Made by a program: the position numbers and the translations under genes. A DNA stretch of 50,479 bases, from contig CAYMGL010000001.1 of the NCBI GenBank assembly GCA_964389945.1, positions 1 to 50,479 of the forward strand, given 5' to 3'. Each line of letters starts with the position of its first letter. The stretch's first letter is position 1. Of this stretch, positions 1 through 8,652 are shown piece by piece. The DNA is from an uncultured Actinomycetota bacterium. GTDB lineage: Bacteria; Actinomycetota; Nitriliruptoria; Nitriliruptorales; Nitriliruptoraceae. The notes beneath the pieces were generated by a model. That model had not been told where the DNA came from and made no database searches. It saw only the letters and a list, made by a program, of their open reading frames with translations.

Positions 1-343
1 ACCGGGAGCCTAGCCTGACTCGGCAGACGCCATGGGACGCTGACGACGGCGGCCCCACCGGCGGACGCCTCGACGGAGAGGCAGGACGGCCGGGCGGACC
101 AGCTGCGACTCCTCGCAGGTGCGCACCACCCCATCGGCTCCCCTGATGACGGCACCCATCAAGAACTGCGGCCGGTGCAACCGCACGTCACCCACCGCGG
201 CGCTCCCCACCAGGCCCTCCGGCTCGAGCCGCACGGGGACGACCTGACGGGGTGTCGGTTGGGTAGCGTCCCGGCCGGTCCGTCCCGCGTCACAGCGACC
301 GTCGAGTCGTCCGGCGGACCGCTGGTCGACCGGAGAGGACGCC

Positions 344-1663
344 GTGGCAGTTGGCGACGAGACACGCGACGAGGCGTTCGCCCGGCTGGTCCGATGGGCC
401 CGTGCCGCCGCCGGTGTCCTCGTGCTGCCGATGGCGCTGCGCGACGTGCCGCCGCCGCCCGGCGCGCCGTCGCTGCTGGTGGCCGCCTGCACCTTCTCGG
501 GGATGATGCTCGTCCTGAACGCCTGGAGCCTGTGGCGCTCGCGGCTCGGGGACGACTCGATCCGGCGCCGGGTGACGGAGTCGGCCCTGGAGCTCGTCGC
601 GGCGCTGGTGACGGCCACGGCGCTCCACCACCTGGCGGTCTTCGAGCTCACGCCGGGCTACCTCATGGTCGCTTCCATGCTGGCCGGCCTGCGCCTGGGC
701 GCGCGTCGCGGCCTCGCACTCGTCGTGCCGGCCGCGGTCGTGCTCACGACGCTGCGCGTCTCGGGGGTGCCGACGTGGGTCGTGCCGGCGGACGTCGACG
801 CCGCTGACCTCGGTGTCCTCGTGCCGCCGGTCGTGGCGCTGCTCGTCCTGACGACGGTCACGGGCATGGCGGTCGACGCGATGCGGGCGGCCGAGGCGCG
901 GGCAGCGGCTGCTCGTGACGAGGCCGAGCTGACGAACGAGAGGCTGCAACGCACCAACGAGGCCCTGCAGCGCTTCGCCCGGACCATCGCGCACGACCTG
1001 CGTGCCCCGCTCGCGTCCGCCGCCGGGTCCGCAGAGCTGGTCCGGGACCGCGGGAACCAGCTGACACCGACGCAGTTGCGCAGCGTCACCGACACGCTCG
1101 CCAGCTCGGCCCGACGGGCCAGCGAGCTCGTCACCGACATGCTCGAGGTGGCCCGCGGCGCCGAGCGGCGACAACTCGTCGTGTCGGACCTGCGCGTGTG
1201 GTTGCTGACGTTGCTCGGACCGGTGCTCGCAGAGTGCGGTGGCACGCTCGAGGTCGAGACCGACCGCGCCAGCTTCGCGGTCGCCGCCGACCCCGTCCGG
1301 GCCCTGCTGCTCAACCTCGTGACCAACGCCGTCAAGCACCGTGACCCTGCGGGCGACCCACCGCTGGTCGAGGTGCGGATCGGGCAGGACGAGGACCGCA
1401 TCCGCATCGACGTCGACGACGACGGCCCCGGCATCGCGCCGGCCCAGCGGGACGAGGTCCTCCGGCACGGCGTCCGCGGCGACACCCCCGACACGACCGG
1501 CGTGGGGCATGGTCTGGCTGAGGTGCACCGCCTCGTCACCGAGGAGCTCAGTGGCACGGTCCGGATCGGCGCCTCCCCGCTCGGGGGTGCGCGCGTGACG
1601 ATCGTCGTGCCCGTGTCCGACGACCGGCCGGCGCTGGTCGGCACCGGGGTCGGCAGCACCTGA
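344..1663 (+). CDS. membrane-bound sensor histidine kinase (no response regulator adjacent in window)
   Basis: GGAGAGG lies 6 nt upstream of the GTG start. The N-terminal ~170 aa are hydrophobic TM segments. H-box FARTIAHDLRAPL; ATPase boxes LLLNLVTNAVKH, DDDGPGIAP, GVGHGLAEV. Confidence 0.85.
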   Translation: MAVGDETRDEAFARLVRWARAAAGVLVLPMALRDVPPPPGAPSLLVAACTFSGMMLVLNAWSLWRSRLGDDSIRRRVTESALELVAALVTATALHHLAVFELTPGYLMVASMLAGLRLGARRGLALVVPAAVVLTTLRVSGVPTWVVPADVDAADLGVLVPPVVALLVLTTVTGMAVDAMRAAEARAAAARDEAELTNERLQRTNEALQRFARTIAHDLRAPLASAAGSAELVRDRGNQLTPTQLRSVTDTLASSARRASELVTDMLEVARGAERRQLVVSDLRVWLLTLLGPVLAECGGTLEVETDRASFAVAADPVRALLLNLVTNAVKHRDPAGDPPLVEVRIGQDEDRIRIDVDDDGPGIAPAQRDEVLRHGVRGDTPDTTGVGHGLAEVHRLVTEELSGTVRIGASPLGGARVTIVVPVSDDRPALVGTGVGST

Positions 1664-1665
1664 CC

Positions 1666-1699
1666 GACGCGGGCCCGCCCTGGTGGGCGGACCCGCGTC
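1666..1699. terminator. bidirectional stem-loop between convergent genes
   Basis: GACGCGGGCCCGCCC tggt GGGCGGACCCGCGTC: 15-nt arms with one mismatch and a 4-nt loop, in the 53-nt gap between two convergent stop codons. There is no T-tract. Confidence 0.55.
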
Positions 1700-1716
1700 G
1701 TGCCGCTGTGCAGAGG

Positions 1717-2007
1717 TCAGCGGACGTTGCCCGGGACGAGGTCCCCCTCGTCGGCCGCCGCGACCGTGCCGGCGGCGGCGACCGTCCCGCCGCTGGTCCA
1801 GCACCCGTCGGGGAGCCCGCTCTCGTAGCCGGTGCAGAGCGGCTCGGGGGTCGGGGCGACGTCGACGACGGCCGTGACGAGCGTGCCGCCGGGGTGGAAC
1901 GAACCGTCGGCGTGGTGGGCCGTGTGGGCGGCGGCCGGGCCTGCGGTGGCCACGAGCAGCGCGGCGCTGGCGAGGATCGTGCGGGTGGTCGGGGTGGTGC
2001 GTGTCAT
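1717..2007 (-). CDS. small secreted His-rich, two-Cys protein (96 aa precursor), function unknown
   Basis: Internal ATG at 2007 is preceded by AGGAG (rc of ctcct at 2014-2018). Sec-type signal MTRTTPTTRTILASAALLVATAGPAAA, then HTAHHADGSFH and CTGYESGLPDGC. The upstream part of ORF 1717..2085 looks non-coding. Confidence 0.6.
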   Translation of the reverse strand: MTRTTPTTRTILASAALLVATAGPAAAHTAHHADGSFHPGGTLVTAVVDVAPTPEPLCTGYESGLPDGCWTSGGTVAAAGTVAAADEGDLVPGNVR

Positions 2008-2183
2008 GGTGGTGCTCCTGGTGCCGGGGCGGTCGTGGCGGGTCGGTCGCTCCGACCCGTGCGGCAGCACCGTGTGGGAGCCCACCTGCAGCCCCCTTGC
2101 CCCGGACTTTCACCCACTGTCGGTCCACGAAACCGCGACCGCTCCCACGGCCGACGGTGGGTCGACACTCCTAGGCTCACGGC

Positions 2184-4394
2184 ATGGCTCCCCCGAACCC
2201 CGTTCCCATCCGCGTCTTCGGCGCGGTGCGGATCACCGACGCGGACGCGGCGCTCGGCCCGAAGCAGGCGCTCCTCCTCGGCGCCCTCGCCCTGCGCGGG
2301 AGTCGGCTCTCGGCCGACGCCATCATCGACCTGCTGTGGGGCGACGGCACGCCGGAGAACCCCCGAGCGGCGCTCCAGGTCCACGTCTCGCGGCTGCGGC
2401 GGGCGCTGGAGGCCGTCGACGCGTCCGTCCGCTTCCAGGGCGAGGCGTACACGCTGGTCGCCGACCCGAAGCTGGTCGACGTGCAGCTGTTCGAGCGACG
2501 TGTGCGCCAGGGCACGCAGGAGCTGAAGGACGAGCCCGCTGCCGCCCGCGAGACGCTGGCATCGGCGCTGGCGCTGTGGGAGGGCGAGCCACTGGGCGGC
2601 ACCGCGGACGACACGTCACTGCGGGTCGACATCGAGCGGCTCCGGGAGCTGCGCCGGACGGCGCTCGAAGCCCGCATCGAGGCCGACCTGCGGTGTGGTC
2701 ACCACGCGGACGTCATCGGCGAGCTGCGCCAGCTGACGCAGTCCCAGCCGCTGCACGAGGGCTTCTGGCGGCAGCTGCTCCTGGCGCTCTACCGCGCCGG
2801 TCGGGCCGGCGAGGCCCTGGCCGCCTACGACGAGGCCCGTGAGGTCATGGTCGAGGAGCTCGGTGCCGACCCGGCCCCGGAGCTGCGCGACCTGCACGCC
2901 CGGATCCTCGACCAGGACCCGTCGCTGGCACGCTCGACGGCACCGACCACGGGCGAGCGGCGACCGTCCCAGGTCGGCGACGTGGACCCTGCCTCCGTCG
3001 CGGTCCTGCCGTTCGAGGTGCTCGGCGACGACGGCGACACGTCCCTGCTCGCGGTCGGGCTCCACATCGACCTGCTCACGGAGCTGTCGCGTGTCGACGG
3101 GCTGACCGTCACGAGCCGGCACTCCGTCCAGCAGTACGAGGCGGGCGCGGTCGCACCGGACCAGGTCGCGGCCGAGCTCAGGGTCGCCACGGTCGTGGTG
3201 GGCACCATCCGCGGCGCGGCTCGACGCTTCCGCCTGTCGGTGCAGCTCGTCGACGGTGCCACCGGCACCCACCGGTGGGCCGAGAGCTACGACCACGAGG
3301 CCAGTCCGCAGAACATCCTGACCGTGCAGCGCGACCTCGCCAGCGACATCGCGACGGCCCTGTCACGGCGTCTGTCGTCGAGCGGGCCACCGACGACGAC
3401 CGAGAGCATGGAGGCCTACCGCCTCGTCGTCGAGGCGCGGATGCAGTTCGACCGCAAGACCGAGCGCGGTTTCACCGACGCGATCGGCCTGTTCCGACGT
3501 GCCGTCGTGGTCGATCCCGACTACGGCCCCGCCTGGGTCGGGCTCGCGGACGCCCTGGCCGCACGGGCCGACTACGGGTACGGCGACCGGGAGGAACTGC
3601 TGTCGTCGGCCGAGTCGGCCGTCGTCCGTGCCCTGTCGCTGCTGCCGGGCTCGGCGGACGTCCACGAGGCACTGGGGTTGATCGCCGAGGGACGCTTCGA
3701 CGCGCCGCGGGCACTGGCCGAGTACGAGACGGCGATCCGGATCAGCCCCAGCAACGCCGACGCACACAGCTGGCGGGGGTGGATCAACCTGACGCTGGGC
3801 GACGCCGAAGCCGCACTGCCGAGCACGCGGCGTGCGGTCGTCCTCAACCCGCTGTCGGCCGAGGCGGTCAGCAACCTCGGGCTGGCGCTCGTCGCCCTGG
3901 GCGACCCCACCGCGGGCCTCGCCGAGGCACGCCGGGCCGCGGACCTCTCGCCCGGCTACACCACCGCCGCCTACTACGCGGGGCTGGCCCTGTACGACCT
4001 GGGCCGGATCGACGAGGCCATCGAGGTCCTGACCCCGCTCGCCGTGCTCGAGACGGGTGAGCTCTCCACACCATGGGCGGGGATGTCGCCCGACGCTGCC
4101 CTGGCGATCGCCCGCGTCGCGGCCGGTGACGACCGCGGCGCCGCAGCCGTCCTGGCGTCGATCGATGCCGAGACCTACACGGTGGAGGCTGGCCTGGTCG
4201 AGCTCGCCCTCGGTCGCACCGAGGCGGCCCACGACCACTTCGCCCGGACGACCCACGTCGGGTACGGCGGCGCGATGCTTCGCCACCTCCACTTCCAGGA
4301 CGTCTGGGCGACGATGGGCGACGACCCGCGGCTCGCGGACCTCGATGCAGCGATCGCGCGGAGCTGGAAGGTGGAGCCACCGGACCGCGCGTGA
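2184..4394 (+). CDS. SARP/BTAD-family transcriptional regulator with TolB-N-like domain and C-terminal TPR repeats
   Basis: OmpR/PhoB-type winged helix at the N-terminus (LLWGDGTPENPRAALQVHVSRLRRAL). BTAD region (LALYRAGRAGEALAAYDEAREVMVEELGADPAPELRDLHARIL). The VAVLPFEVLGDD...LTVTSRHS segment is followed by multiple TPR-like repeats. Confidence 0.85.
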   Translation: MAPPNPVPIRVFGAVRITDADAALGPKQALLLGALALRGSRLSADAIIDLLWGDGTPENPRAALQVHVSRLRRALEAVDASVRFQGEAYTLVADPKLVDVQLFERRVRQGTQELKDEPAAARETLASALALWEGEPLGGTADDTSLRVDIERLRELRRTALEARIEADLRCGHHADVIGELRQLTQSQPLHEGFWRQLLLALYRAGRAGEALAAYDEAREVMVEELGADPAPELRDLHARILDQDPSLARSTAPTTGERRPSQVGDVDPASVAVLPFEVLGDDGDTSLLAVGLHIDLLTELSRVDGLTVTSRHSVQQYEAGAVAPDQVAAELRVATVVVGTIRGAARRFRLSVQLVDGATGTHRWAESYDHEASPQNILTVQRDLASDIATALSRRLSSSGPPTTTESMEAYRLVVEARMQFDRKTERGFTDAIGLFRRAVVVDPDYGPAWVGLADALAARADYGYGDREELLSSAESAVVRALSLLPGSADVHEALGLIAEGRFDAPRALAEYETAIRISPSNADAHSWRGWINLTLGDAEAALPSTRRAVVLNPLSAEAVSNLGLALVALGDPTAGLAEARRAADLSPGYTTAAYYAGLALYDLGRIDEAIEVLTPLAVLETGELSTPWAGMSPDAALAIARVAAGDDRGAAAVLASIDAETYTVEAGLVELALGRTEAAHDHFARTTHVGYGGAMLRHLHFQDVWATMGDDPRLADLDAAIARSWKVEPPDRA

Positions 4395-4461
4395 AAGCGA
4401 TCGGAAAGTCGTGGTGCATAGCGTCCGCCGCAGCTGACGCACCCACGAACCAGGAGCAGCG

Positions 4462-5826
4462 ATGCAGACCACCGACCTCGCGAACCGCACGACCGGACCA
4501 GTGCTCACCCCCGGCGACGACGGCTTCGACGAGGCACGACACGTGTGGAACGCACGCTTCGACCGCGTGCCCGACGTGATCGTGCGCTGCCAGGGCAGCG
4601 AGGACGTGGCCGCCGCCGTCCGCTGGGCGGCCGACGAGCAGCTCGACGTGTACGTGAAGGGCGGAGGGCACTCGTACGCGGGCCACACGGTGGGCGACGG
4701 CGGCCTGCTGCTCGACATGTCCCCGATGAGCGGCATCAAGGTGCGACCGGAGGAGCGGCGGGTCACCGTCGGCGCCGGTGCGACGTGGGCGGAGCTCGAC
4801 TCGGCCACCCAGCACCACGGGCTGGCCACCCCCGGCCCGACGGCCTCGTCGATCGGCGTGGCCGGGTCGACGTTGTGCGGCGGCACCGGCTGGTTGTCGC
4901 GGCTCCACGGCCACGCGCTCGACAACGTCGTGTCGTTCCAGCTCGTCACCGCGGCGGGCGAGGTCGTCGAGGCGTCGCAGGACGTGCGCCCCGACCTGTT
5001 CTGGGGCCTGCGGGGCGCGGGACAGAACCTCGGTGTGGTGACCTCGCTCGAGTTCCAGCTCCACGAGGTCGGACCGCAGGTGCTCGGTGGGCAGATCATC
5101 TACCCCTTCGACGAGGCCGAACGGCTGCTCGCCGCGTTCGACGAGTTCATGGCCGCGGCCCCCGACGAGTTCCAGTGCTTCCCGTTCACCTTCCGGGTGC
5201 CACCGATCGACGACTTCCCGACCGAGTTCCACGGGCAGCCCGTCCTGGACTTCGTGGTCTTCCACGTCGAGCCCACGGCCCTCGACGTGGTCGCACCCCT
5301 CCGGGAGCTCGGTGATCCCATCCTCGATGCGGTCGGGCCGATCGACTACACCGCGCTCCAGCAGAGCTTCGACGCCAACCTCCCGTCCGGCCAGCGCTAC
5401 TACTCGGCCGCGCAGGACCTCGCCGCGCTGTCCGAGGGCGCGATCGCCGACTTCGCCCGGTACGTCCGGGAGAGCCGCGGGGCGTTCACGGCGTCGTACC
5501 TCGAGCCCCACGGCGGTGCAGCCGGTCGGGTCGACGAGCACGCCACCGCGATGCGTCGTGGCAGCAGCCCGTACGGCATGCACGTGCTCGCGGGCTGGGA
5601 GGACGAGGCCGACGACGCGGACGTGATCGGCTGGGCCCGCGAGTTCAGCCGGACCATGGCGACGCACGGGACCGACAGCGTCTACATGGCGCTGATCGCC
5701 GAGGACGAGGACGAGCGCATCCCCACAGCGCTGAGCGACGCCGAGCGGGCCCGCGGCCTCAAGCACGAGTGGGACCCGACCAACCGCCTCCACGGCAACC
5801 ACACGCTCGACCCCGTCGAGCAGTGA
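4462..5826 (+). CDS. FAD-linked oxidase, PCMH/berberine-bridge-enzyme-like
   Basis: AGGAG 5 nt upstream of ATG. FAD_binding_4-type VYVKGGGHSYAGH motif. C-terminal BBE-like WDPTNRLHGNH. Confidence 0.85.
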   Translation: MQTTDLANRTTGPVLTPGDDGFDEARHVWNARFDRVPDVIVRCQGSEDVAAAVRWAADEQLDVYVKGGGHSYAGHTVGDGGLLLDMSPMSGIKVRPEERRVTVGAGATWAELDSATQHHGLATPGPTASSIGVAGSTLCGGTGWLSRLHGHALDNVVSFQLVTAAGEVVEASQDVRPDLFWGLRGAGQNLGVVTSLEFQLHEVGPQVLGGQIIYPFDEAERLLAAFDEFMAAAPDEFQCFPFTFRVPPIDDFPTEFHGQPVLDFVVFHVEPTALDVVAPLRELGDPILDAVGPIDYTALQQSFDANLPSGQRYYSAAQDLAALSEGAIADFARYVRESRGAFTASYLEPHGGAAGRVDEHATAMRRGSSPYGMHVLAGWEDEADDADVIGWAREFSRTMATHGTDSVYMALIAEDEDERIPTALSDAERARGLKHEWDPTNRLHGNHTLDPVEQ

Positions 5827-5883
5827 AGGACCACCCGACGTACCGTGCGCCGGCACGCGACAGCCGACCGCACCGAGGTGGCG

Positions 5884-6903
5884 ATGAGCGACAAGATCGT
5901 CACCGTCCGGGGACTGGTCGTCGCGTTCGGTGAGCTCCGGGCCGTCGACGACGTCGACCTCGACATCGAGCGCGGCACGATCCACGCGCTGCTGGGTCCC
6001 AACGGCGCCGGCAAGACGACACTGATCCGCGTCCTGTCGACGCTGCTGCGCCCGGCGGCCGGCACGGTCCACGTCGCCGACATCGACGTGCTCGCCAACC
6101 CGACCGCCGCACGCGCCCACATCGGGCTGGCCGGCCAGTTCGCCGCCGTGGACCCCTACCAGACGGGTCGCGAGAACGTGACGATGGTGGGACGCCTCTA
6201 CGGCCTGTCCGCAGCCGAGGCACGGCGCCGGACCGACGACGTGCTGGAGCGCATCGCGCTCGCCGACGCGGCCGACCGTCGCGTCGGGACGTACTCCGGT
6301 GGCATGCGGCGCCGACTCGACCTCGCGGCGTCGCTCGTCGGCCGGCCGCAGGTGCTCTTCCTCGACGAGCCCACGACGGGGATCGACCCCCGCTCCCGGC
6401 AGGAGCTGTGGCACCTCGTCGAGGACCTCGTCGACGGTGGCACCACGATCCTGCTGACGACGCAGTACCTCGAGGAGGCCGACCGCCTCGCCGACGACGT
6501 CAGCGTCATCAACGAGGGCCGCATCATCAGCCGCGGCACACCGGAGGAGCTCAAGTCGGCCCTCGGCACCTCGACGGTCGAGGTGACCGTCACCCCCGAA
6601 CGCCGGTCCGAGGTCGAGCAGGTGCTCGGCGACGTCGACGCGAGCGACATGCAGTGGGACGAGGAGCGCAGCCGCGTCCTGCTGTCGGCCGAGAGTGGCA
6701 CGCGGACGATGATGGCCGTGACCCGCGCACTGGACCGCGCCGGGATCGAGCCCCTCGGCCTGGCGATCCACCAGCCGACGCTGGACGACGTCTTCCTCGC
6801 CCTGACCGGGGCGCCGCCCGAGCCCGACGCGCCTTCGGGCGACGCCGAGGGCCGGGCACCGGCTCCGGGCGAGCGGCAGCGGCGACGGGGAGCACGCCGA
6901 TGA
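5884..6903 (+). CDS. ABC transporter ATP-binding protein, DrrA/ABC-2 exporter type
   Basis: GAGG 5 nt upstream of ATG 5884. Walker A GPNGAGKTT, signature YSGGMRRRL, Walker B VLFLDEPTTGID. Confidence 0.9.
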   Translation: MSDKIVTVRGLVVAFGELRAVDDVDLDIERGTIHALLGPNGAGKTTLIRVLSTLLRPAAGTVHVADIDVLANPTAARAHIGLAGQFAAVDPYQTGRENVTMVGRLYGLSAAEARRRTDDVLERIALADAADRRVGTYSGGMRRRLDLAASLVGRPQVLFLDEPTTGIDPRSRQELWHLVEDLVDGGTTILLTTQYLEEADRLADDVSVINEGRIISRGTPEELKSALGTSTVEVTVTPERRSEVEQVLGDVDASDMQWDEERSRVLLSAESGTRTMMAVTRALDRAGIEPLGLAIHQPTLDDVFLALTGAPPEPDAPSGDAEGRAPAPGERQRRRGARR

Positions 6904-7754
6904 CCACCGCCGACCCGTCCATGACCACCGGCACCGTCGCGCGTGAGCAGATCACGCTGCGCGACGCCGTCACGGACACGCTGATCATCACCCGACGCAA
7001 CCTCGTCCGCGTCGTCCGCCTGCCGCAGCTGCTGCTGTTCGCGACGATCCAGCCGGTGATGTTCCTGCTGCTGTTCAACTTCGTGTTCGGTGGCGCGATC
7101 GCCCAGGGGCTCCCACCGATCGTGGACGGCAAGTACATCATCTTCCTGCTGCCCGGCCTCATGGTCCAGATCTCGACGTTCGGCGCCGGACAGACCGCCC
7201 TCGGGCTGACCGAGGACCTCACCAACGGGGTCGTGGACCGGTTCCGGTCACTGCCGATGGCGCGCTCCGCCGTGCTGGCGGGACGGACGCTGGCCGACCT
7301 GGCGCGCAACGCCTTCGTCATGGCCCTGATGCTCGGCATCGCCTTCCTGCTGGGCTTCCGTTACAAGACGTCGCTGCTCGGGTTCCTCGCCGGCTTCGCC
7401 CTCGTCCTCGCGTTCAGCTACGCGCTGTCGTGGGTGATGGCAACGATCGGGCTGCTCGTCAAGAACCCGGAGGCGGCGCAGTCGGCGGTGTTCCTGCCGG
7501 TGTTCCCGTTCGTCTTCGCCAGCTCGGTCTTCATCCCGACGCAGACCATGCCGGACTGGCTGCGGATCTTCGCGGAGAACCAACCCATCACGATCATCGC
7601 CAACGCGATGCGGGGCCTGATGGTCGGTCCCGAGCTGCTGCCGGCGGGCCAGACGGTGGGCGGTCAGGTGGCCCTGGCCCTGGTGTGGATCGTGGCGATC
7701 ACGGTCGTGTTCGCACCGCTGGCGGTCCGCGTCTACCGCCGCACGGTGAACTAG
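6900..7754 (+). CDS. ABC-2 type transporter permease (DrrB-like)
   Basis: ATGA start/stop overlap with the ATPase gene. About six hydrophobic segments. The upstream part of ORF 6408..7754 is Arg/Pro-rich antisense-type sequence. Confidence 0.85.
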   Translation: MTTADPSMTTGTVAREQITLRDAVTDTLIITRRNLVRVVRLPQLLLFATIQPVMFLLLFNFVFGGAIAQGLPPIVDGKYIIFLLPGLMVQISTFGAGQTALGLTEDLTNGVVDRFRSLPMARSAVLAGRTLADLARNAFVMALMLGIAFLLGFRYKTSLLGFLAGFALVLAFSYALSWVMATIGLLVKNPEAAQSAVFLPVFPFVFASSVFIPTQTMPDWLRIFAENQPITIIANAMRGLMVGPELLPAGQTVGGQVALALVWIVAITVVFAPLAVRVYRRTVN

Positions 7755-7771
7755 GTCACCGCGGCGCACCG

Positions 7772-7800
7772 TTGACATGTTCTGATTCGAACAATATAGT
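7772..7800 (+). promoter_or_regulatory. near-consensus sigma-70/SigA-type promoter TTGACA-17-TATAGT
   Basis: TTGACA at 7772-7777, a 17-nt spacer, TATAGT at 7795-7800, about 40 nt upstream of ATG 7840. It sits in a conspicuous low-GC island. Inverted repeats TGTTC-N6-GAACA (7778-7793) and GTTGA-N4-TCAAC (7799-7812) overlap it. Confidence 0.55.
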
Positions 7801-7839
7801 TGAGCCATCAACCATTCTCGTCCCGAGCGTGAGACACCC

Positions 7840-8631
7840 ATGGCACCGCCCCCGGCCGGCCGCATGCCGGCGCTGTTCATCAGCCACGGCGCCCCGCCGC
7901 TGGTCGACGACGCGTTGTGGGTGTCGCAGCTGCAGCAGGTCGCCGCCGACCTCCCGCGTCCGTCGGCGATCCTGGTCGTGTCGGCCCACTGGGAGGCCGC
8001 ACCGCTCATGATCGGCGCGACCGACCCTGTCCCCCTGGTGTACGACTTCGCTGGTTTCCCGCAGCGGTTCTACGAGGTCACCTACCCCGCGCCGGGCGCA
8101 CCCGACCTCGCCGACGCCGTCGCAGGGCTCGTCCCCGACGGCCAGCCGGTGGCGCGGACGACCCGCGGTCTGGACCACGGTGCCTACGTCCCCCTGACCG
8201 TGATGTACCCCGACGCCGACATCCCGGTCCTGCAGATCTCCCTGCCGACGCTCGAACCCGCCCCGCTGCTGGACCTCGGCCGGCGACTGGCAGAGCTGCG
8301 CGACCAGGGCGTGCTCATCATCGGGTCCGGCTTCACGACCCACGGCCTGCCGTTCCTGTCGCGCCAGCACTGGGCCGACCCCGCGGCCGCCGCCCCCGGG
8401 TGGTCACGCGAGTTCGACGCCTGGGCACACGAGACCCTGTCGGCCGGTGACATCGAGGGCCTGGCCGCCTTCCGCGACCGAGCGCCCGGGATGCCGTACG
8501 CACACCCCACGATCGAGCACTTCGCGCCGATGTTCGTCACGCTCGGCGCCGGCGACCCGGAGGACGCCCCCGACCAGCCCATCGACGGGTTCTGGATGGG
8601 ACTCGCCAAGCGGTCGTTCCTGGTCGCCTGA
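7840..8631 (+). CDS. class III extradiol ring-cleavage dioxygenase, LigB/YgiD (4,5-DOPA dioxygenase extradiol) family
   Basis: MPALFISHGAPP N-terminus and VVSAHWE motif are typical of this family. The start could instead be the second ATG at 7864. Confidence 0.8.
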   Translation: MAPPPAGRMPALFISHGAPPLVDDALWVSQLQQVAADLPRPSAILVVSAHWEAAPLMIGATDPVPLVYDFAGFPQRFYEVTYPAPGAPDLADAVAGLVPDGQPVARTTRGLDHGAYVPLTVMYPDADIPVLQISLPTLEPAPLLDLGRRLAELRDQGVLIIGSGFTTHGLPFLSRQHWADPAAAAPGWSREFDAWAHETLSAGDIEGLAAFRDRAPGMPYAHPTIEHFAPMFVTLGAGDPEDAPDQPIDGFWMGLAKRSFLVA

Positions 8632-8652
8632 CCGCCCCGGGGGCGGCGGCGC

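Noticed and set aside
10-651. Possible minus-strand CDS at the left edge (213 aa ORF; segment VVPVRLEPEGLVGSAAVGDVRLHRPQFLMGAVIRGADGVV looks vaguely protein-like)
   Set aside because: Its upstream two-thirds are antisense to the kinase gene. Third-codon positions near the 3' end are not GC-biased like real genes here. No motif, start or SD could be supported.
290-2128. 612-aa minus-strand ORF
   Set aside because: It is antisense to the histidine kinase, which has an intact H-box and ATPase boxes. The translation is dominated by Arg/Pro/Gly/His runs.
3868-6771. 967-aa minus-strand ORF
   Set aside because: It is antisense to the SARP regulator, FAD oxidase and ABC ATPase genes, all of which have strong motifs. 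It has low-complexity Arg/Gly/Asp-rich composition and no domain recognised.
8632-8646. CCGCCCCGGGGGCGG palindrome between the dioxygenase and marR stops, as a terminator
   Set aside because: Once a minimal loop is allowed, only about a 5-bp stem remains. That is too weak to call as a feature, although it may contribute to termination.
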